Shown here: piece by piece, positions 28,199-32,000 of the stretch
Numbering within the stretch: the stretch's first letter is position 1
How the letters are laid out: every line of letters starts with the position of its first letter
DNA from: Sulfolobus acidocaldarius DSM 639
Lineage (GTDB): Archaea > Thermoproteota > Thermoprotei_A > Sulfolobales > Sulfolobaceae
Length of the DNA: 32,000 nucleotides
Reading direction: 5' to 3'
Assembly: GCF_000012285.1 (NCBI RefSeq)
Contig: NC_007181.1
Span: 1,470,001 to 1,502,000 of the forward strand
Notes under the pieces: generated by a model
Told to the model about the DNA's origin: nothing
Databases searched by the model: none
What the model saw: only the letters and a program-made list of their open reading frames with translations
Position numbers and translations under genes: made by a program

Positions 28199-28315
28199 AC
28201 TACAAATTTAATCCTTGATGCTAATAAAGAATTTCATAATAAAATAAAGAGAGTAAAACAAAGAAAATAGGTGAAGTTGTTCGAACTAAAATATCTTAAA
28301 ACGATAGTGTACAGA

Positions 28316-29134
28316 TTAGCCTCTTCCGGTAGACTTAATGAGCCTCCCTGCGTTTTCACTCAGTATCTTATTTTTTAGATCAGCATCAAGATTTACCTGT
28401 GATAATTCATTGATCCATCTGTCTGGTTTTATTAAGGGGAAATCGGATCCGAAAAGCAACTTATCCTTTAATCTCTTAGCGTTCTTCCACAGGGCATCAG
28501 GTACATATTTTGGTGCCCAACCTGATAGATCTAAATACACATTCGGCTTATGCAGAGCTATTGCAATTGCCTCCTCAGTCCATGGCCAACCAAAATGGGC
28601 TAAAACTATCTTTATATCTGGAAATCTTACAGCAATTTCATCAAAATATATTGGTCTACCGTAATCTAACCTTATACTAGACCTTAAACCTGCCCCGATT
28701 CCTGAGGTACCAGTATGAAAAACTATAATTAATCCGTGATTGTTGACCACTTCATACAACTTCATTGCCTTTTCGTCGAGGGGATGAAATCCTTGTAGTT
28801 GAGGATGTAGTTTCACTCCTACAGGTTCAAACTTCTTTATCGCCTCCTTCAGTTCTTCTACTGCATTTGGTTTCATTGGATCTACAGACACGAACCTTAC
28901 AACCCTATCATCATTGGGAACTGCTTCATTGTGAATTCTTCTCCCCAGAAAGGTCGTGGAGTCTATGGGTAGGACTACGAACCTCTTAATCCCTATCCCC
29001 TCATAGTAGTCCAGTATTTCCTTGAACTCCTTGAGCTCTATCTTAGCGTTAAAGTATCTAAATGCAGGTTCAGCATATTCTCCTAAAAATTCCACGAACT
29101 CCCTTACTGGTGCGTGGAAATGGAAGTCTATCAT
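28316..29134 (-). CDS. amidohydrolase_2 family metal-dependent hydrolase (TIM barrel; lactonase/decarboxylase-type)
   Basis: Has the N-terminal IDFHFH (HxH), a VLAHFGWPW histidine and the FGSDFP aspartate, which together are the metal-ligand pattern of the amidohydrolase_2 family. Confidence 0.8.
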   Translation of the reverse strand: MIDFHFHAPVREFVEFLGEYAEPAFRYFNAKIELKEFKEILDYYEGIGIKRFVVLPIDSTTFLGRRIHNEAVPNDDRVVRFVSVDPMKPNAVEELKEAIKKFEPVGVKLHPQLQGFHPLDEKAMKLYEVVNNHGLIIVFHTGTSGIGAGLRSSIRLDYGRPIYFDEIAVRFPDIKIVLAHFGWPWTEEAIAIALHKPNVYLDLSGWAPKYVPDALWKNAKRLKDKLLFGSDFPLIKPDRWINELSQVNLDADLKNKILSENAGRLIKSTGRG

Positions 29135-29323
29135 AAGAAAATAATATCCTTGATCACATTATAATAATTTTGGTAGCTAAAAATCATTAGTTAATATAAA
29201 ATTTTTCAGTAGTCCTAGGTGGTTCACAGGGACAGTGGAATACCTGATCAGTTTTTGCCAAAGTAGGATGTAGACGATTTGTTGGACAGACATAAAATTG
29301 ACCAGAATGTCGTCATATTACCT

Positions 29324-29740
29324 TTATCTACTTTTCCAGTTCCCTCTCTTCTTACTGTAGTACTCCCTGTATAATTTTTCCACTTCTCTCTTGTTCACAT
29401 GTTTTCCATGGGCTCGTAGACCACCGCTGAAACCTTTAGGTATGTGGAGGATTTCATGTATAAGCACCTTTATCTTCTCCTCTTCACTGAGTCTAGAATA
29501 CCTTTCAGTAATCAGTTCTATCACATATAGTGGTTCAAGCTGAAAAGAAGTCAGTATCACTTTTGGAACACTCCAGATTCTTGCTATGGCTCTAGACTTA
29601 GAATTGACGGAGTATACGACTCTCACCCTTTCGGCATTTATGTATTCAAGACCTAGTACTTGTATTATTTCTCTAAGTAATTTTTCCTCTTCTAGCCCCC
29701 TGGTGTACTTAATCACAGGGAAAATAATGTAAGTGATCAT
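29324..29740 (-). CDS. small predicted zinc metallopeptidase (HExxH; SprT/WLM-like minimal zincin)
   Basis: A 138-aa protein with HEILH followed by GGLRAHG. The upstream SKSRAIARIW....VILTSF resembles the SprT-type strand preceding the active-site helix, and the C-terminal tail is basic (KKRGNWKSR). Confidence 0.55.
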   Translation of the reverse strand: MITYIIFPVIKYTRGLEEEKLLREIIQVLGLEYINAERVRVVYSVNSKSRAIARIWSVPKVILTSFQLEPLYVIELITERYSRLSEEEKIKVLIHEILHIPKGFSGGLRAHGKHVNKREVEKLYREYYSKKRGNWKSR

Positions 29741-29890
29741 TTAAATAGATAATACAAAGAATATGTCTCTTGTTATTTAACGAGGGAAAGAGTTAGGAAC
29801 TCATTGTGAATTAAAGGATCATCAGTATGCAATCAACAAGCCAGAGTAGGGAGGAAAATTCTTACATCTCGCTAACAGGAAAAATAAATA

Positions 29891-30310
29891 TCACAATTTA
29901 CTTAATTCTCTTCCAGCCTGTGGTATGTAGTTCTCTAGGAACTGAGATATATAATTCTCTAAAAATATAGAGTTGTCTACAGTTACTTCTACTTCCTTTA
30001 TTTCCCTTATTTCCATTACTTTCCATTTGTGGATTTCTTTGAATTTCACTGCAATTAAGGCTCTCCCTTCCATAGTAAACATAGAGAGAAACTCAAACAG
30101 CTTTATCACTTGTCTGTCCTTCACTTTCACCTTATGTTCCCAAGTGCTCTTGCACTCTATAGCTAATAGGATGTTCCCTTTTGTAGCGAAAATGTCAGGT
30201 AGTGGATTAGGAGAGGAATTAGACGTAGGTATTCTAACGGCATTAAAGCCCTCAGACCTTAAAATCGACACCAGTTCCCTTTCAGCACTTTTTCCAATGT
30301 CTCTATTCAT
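29891..30310 (-). CDS. hje: Holliday junction endonuclease Hje (second archaeal resolvase, Hjc paralogue)
   Basis: [54 protein letters not shown] closely matches my memory of S. solfataricus Hje, with the nuclease motif E...D...ECK. I prefer ATG 30310 over TTG 30319. Confidence 0.88.
   Translation of the reverse strand: MNRDIGKSAERELVSILRSEGFNAVRIPTSNSSPNPLPDIFATKGNILLAIECKSTWEHKVKVKDRQVIKLFEFLSMFTMEGRALIAVKFKEIHKWKVMEIREIKEVEVTVDNSIFLENYISQFLENYIPQAGRELSKL
29918..29965 (-). repeat. tandem 24-nt (8-codon) duplication inside the hje 3' end encoding FLENYISQ / FLENYIPQ
   Basis: TTTTTAGAGAATTATATATCTCAG versus TTCCTAGAGAACTACATACCACAG has 18/24 identical positions. Four of the six differences are synonymous. 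Confidence 0.8.
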
Positions 30311-30430
30311 TTGCACCAAAATTGTCTGATAAGCCTTAAAAAGGAGTGTGTCCCTACATAATGCACGTTAGTTGAATTTAAGTTGTTTCGTAGATAGATT
30401 TATTTGCTTCCTATACGGCAATATCATTTC

Positions 30431-32000
30431 ATGAAAAGAGTAGATGTTTACAATTCATTAATAGGAAGAGGAGGATATGTTGACGACCTTGAATTTAAGG
30501 GTAAATACGCCTTCTTTCTAAGAAGTCCATATCCTCATGCTCGAATACTTAAGATAGACCCCACAGACGCAGTAAACAGAGGGGCTCTAGTTCTCACAGG
30601 AAAAGACATTGTCACAAAACGTGTGGAGTCAGGAGAAAGGGAAGGGGCAGGTCTAAATACCTCTCTCTTAGCGATTAACAAGGCATTATATGTCGGTCAG
30701 CCTGTTGCACTAGTTCTGGCAGACGATCCTTACAGGGCATCAGACCTGGCAGAGCTAGTACAGGTAGAGTATGAACCATTACAGGCAGTACCAAATATTG
30801 ATAAGGCTTTGGAGAACAAAGTCCTGATATTTGAGGATTTAAAGAGTAACGTAGTCAGGGAACAGACTTTTGAGTTTGGAAAGGTGGAAAATAAAGGCAA
30901 AAGCATAGAAATTAACCTTTATTGGTCCAGGAGTTCAGGTAATCCAATAGAGCCTTATGGTGCCCAAGTAATTCCAAAGGACGATGGGTTAATAGTTATT
31001 TCAAATCAGCAGGCGGGTAATGTGGTTTCCAACGAGCTTCAGAAAGCTTTGGGCGTTAAAGTAGTTCACAAGAATGCAAGACAGGGAGGAAGTTTTGGTG
31101 CGAAGTTCTCATTTGTAAGGTACTTGTCTGTGTTGGGTTATGCATCTTTGAAATATAAGGTTCCAATTAAGTGGATTGAAACCAGAAGTGAACACTTATT
31201 AGCATCTAATAGCAGTGGTCCTGAAAGAAAGTTCAAGATCAATGCCTATTATAGCTCTGATGGTAAAGTTAATGCTCTCGACATCCATTTGTGGGAAGAT
31301 GTAGGTGCATCAATAGATTCAGGTCAAGCGTTCAAACCTTTAGGTTTCCTTACTGGACCTTACAAGATACCTAATATCAGGTATACAGGGACTTTAGTTG
31401 CAACAAACAAGAACCCACCTGGTGCTTTCAGGGGAGCAGGTACTCCTCCTCACACATGGGCTTTGGAGAGAGTCATGGATGCAATAGCTGACGACTTAGG
31501 TATTAGTAGAGCTGAAATAAGGAAAATTAATGCCATTGACACATTCCCCTATGACACAGGTTTTGCGTACATAGATTCTGGAAATCCAAAAGGTCTGTTA
31601 GAATTAGCTTTGTCCAGGAAAGACATATTTTCAATGAGAGATGAGAGGACTGGAGTTGGGATAGCGTTATCCACAGACCCAAGCACACCCTCAGGAAGTG
31701 AGAGAGTAAAGATAAAAGTGAAGAACGGTAAAATCGTAATTGGCTTAGGTTTTGGAGCAGAGGGACAAGGGAATGAACATACAGCAGTGTATTTAGCTTC
31801 AAAGCTTCTAGGTTTACCAACTGAAGACATAACATATGAGGCTCTAGATAACACTGAGTTACCCACGTCTTTTGGACCCGGCGGAAGTAGGATGGCTGCA
31901 TTCACTTATGGCTCAGTTTCAGGAGCTGTAGAGGAATTAAAGGCTAAAACCAGGAGGAAGGCTGAGGCTGTTTTGGGGGATAAGGTATCATATGAGAACG
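30431..32000 (+). CDS. molybdopterin-binding large subunit of a xanthine dehydrogenase/aldehyde oxidoreductase/CoxL-family enzyme (N-terminal ~523 codons; continues past the right window edge)
   Basis: Absent from the ORF track because it is truncated. My translation from ATG 30431 gives MKRVDVYNSLIGRGGYVDDLEFKGKYAFFLRSPYPHARILKID (a/b-hammerhead start), ARQGGSFGAKF and PPGAFRGAGTPPHTWALERVMD (molybdopterin-binding domain). The frame is open to position 32000. Confidence 0.85.
   Translation, partial: MKRVDVYNSLIGRGGYVDDLEFKGKYAFFLRSPYPHARILKIDPTDAVNRGALVLTGKDIVTKRVESGEREGAGLNTSLLAINKALYVGQPVALVLADDPYRASDLAELVQVEYEPLQAVPNIDKALENKVLIFEDLKSNVVREQTFEFGKVENKGKSIEINLYWSRSSGNPIEPYGAQVIPKDDGLIVISNQQAGNVVSNELQKALGVKVVHKNARQGGSFGAKFSFVRYLSVLGYASLKYKVPIKWIETRSEHLLASNSSGPERKFKINAYYSSDGKVNALDIHLWEDVGASIDSGQAFKPLGFLTGPYKIPNIRYTGTLVATNKNPPGAFRGAGTPPHTWALERVMDAIADDLGISRAEIRKINAIDTFPYDTGFAYIDSGNPKGLLELALSRKDIFSMRDERTGVGIALSTDPSTPSGSERVKIKVKNGKIVIGLGFGAEGQGNEHTAVYLASKLLGLPTEDITYEALDNTELPTSFGPGGSRMAAFTYGSVSGAVEELKAKTRRKAEAVLGDKVSYEN

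Noticed and set aside
1-32000. Scan for tRNA/rRNA genes, CRISPR repeats, IS elements or terminal inverted repeats, integrase or att-like duplications, and long (>20 bp) dispersed repeats.
   Set aside because: I saw no T-loop (GTTCRAATC) or cloverleaf-capable GC-rich islands, no regularly spaced repeats, no transposase or integrase-like ORFs, and no long repeats on visual inspection. This is a by-eye negative result; tRNAscan-SE, CRISPR detection tools and a self-dotplot would confirm it.

Overview
The window is gene-dense chromosomal DNA from a thermoacidophilic crenarchaeon of the Sulfolobales. It is AT-rich, with TATA boxes about 26 nt before start codons (leaderless style), T-tract terminators, and ATGA stop/start overlaps. 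The 3212..4234 product matches thermopsin of Sulfolobus acidocaldarius from memory, so I take this as that species or a close relative.

I support 34 protein-coding calls, one of them a low-confidence 39-codon ORF; two are truncated by the window edges and therefore missing from the ORF track:
- A ClC channel at 1..911 (-).
- A CoxL/xanthine-dehydrogenase-type molybdoenzyme large subunit at 30431..32000 (+).

Most genes are ordinary metabolism and transport: ilvD, an acyl-CoA dehydrogenase, an MhpD-like hydratase, a family III CoA-transferase, a thiolase plus DUF35 pair, an ALDH, an amidohydrolase_2, dienelactone hydrolase, DUF72, DUF1028, an M61 peptidase, RNase HI, a flavin-reductase-like protein, a CaCA antiporter and two MFS transporters. 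Two sequon-rich surface proteins and the resolvase Hje are also present.

The one clear functional cluster is a divergent carotenoid locus, crtI-crtZ <> crtB-crtY-GT2 (20703..25041).

I found no tRNA, rRNA, CRISPR array, IS element, integrase or recognisable defence island, and I do not see a convincing large novel system. The most checkable oddities are:
1. crtI has no canonical start codon before its GxGxxG fold. It has ATAA where an ATGA overlap with the crtZ stop would be expected.
2. A GT2 glycosyltransferase is coupled to crtY, making it a candidate archaeal zeaxanthin glycosyltransferase.
3. A small ORF overlaps a minimal nucleotidyltransferase in a toxin-antitoxin-like arrangement, with a perfect palindrome abutting its TATA box.
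4. A minimal HExxH zincin lies next to hje.
5. Several short exact repeats occur in promoter regions.

All functional calls rest on motif recognition by eye. No database search was run.
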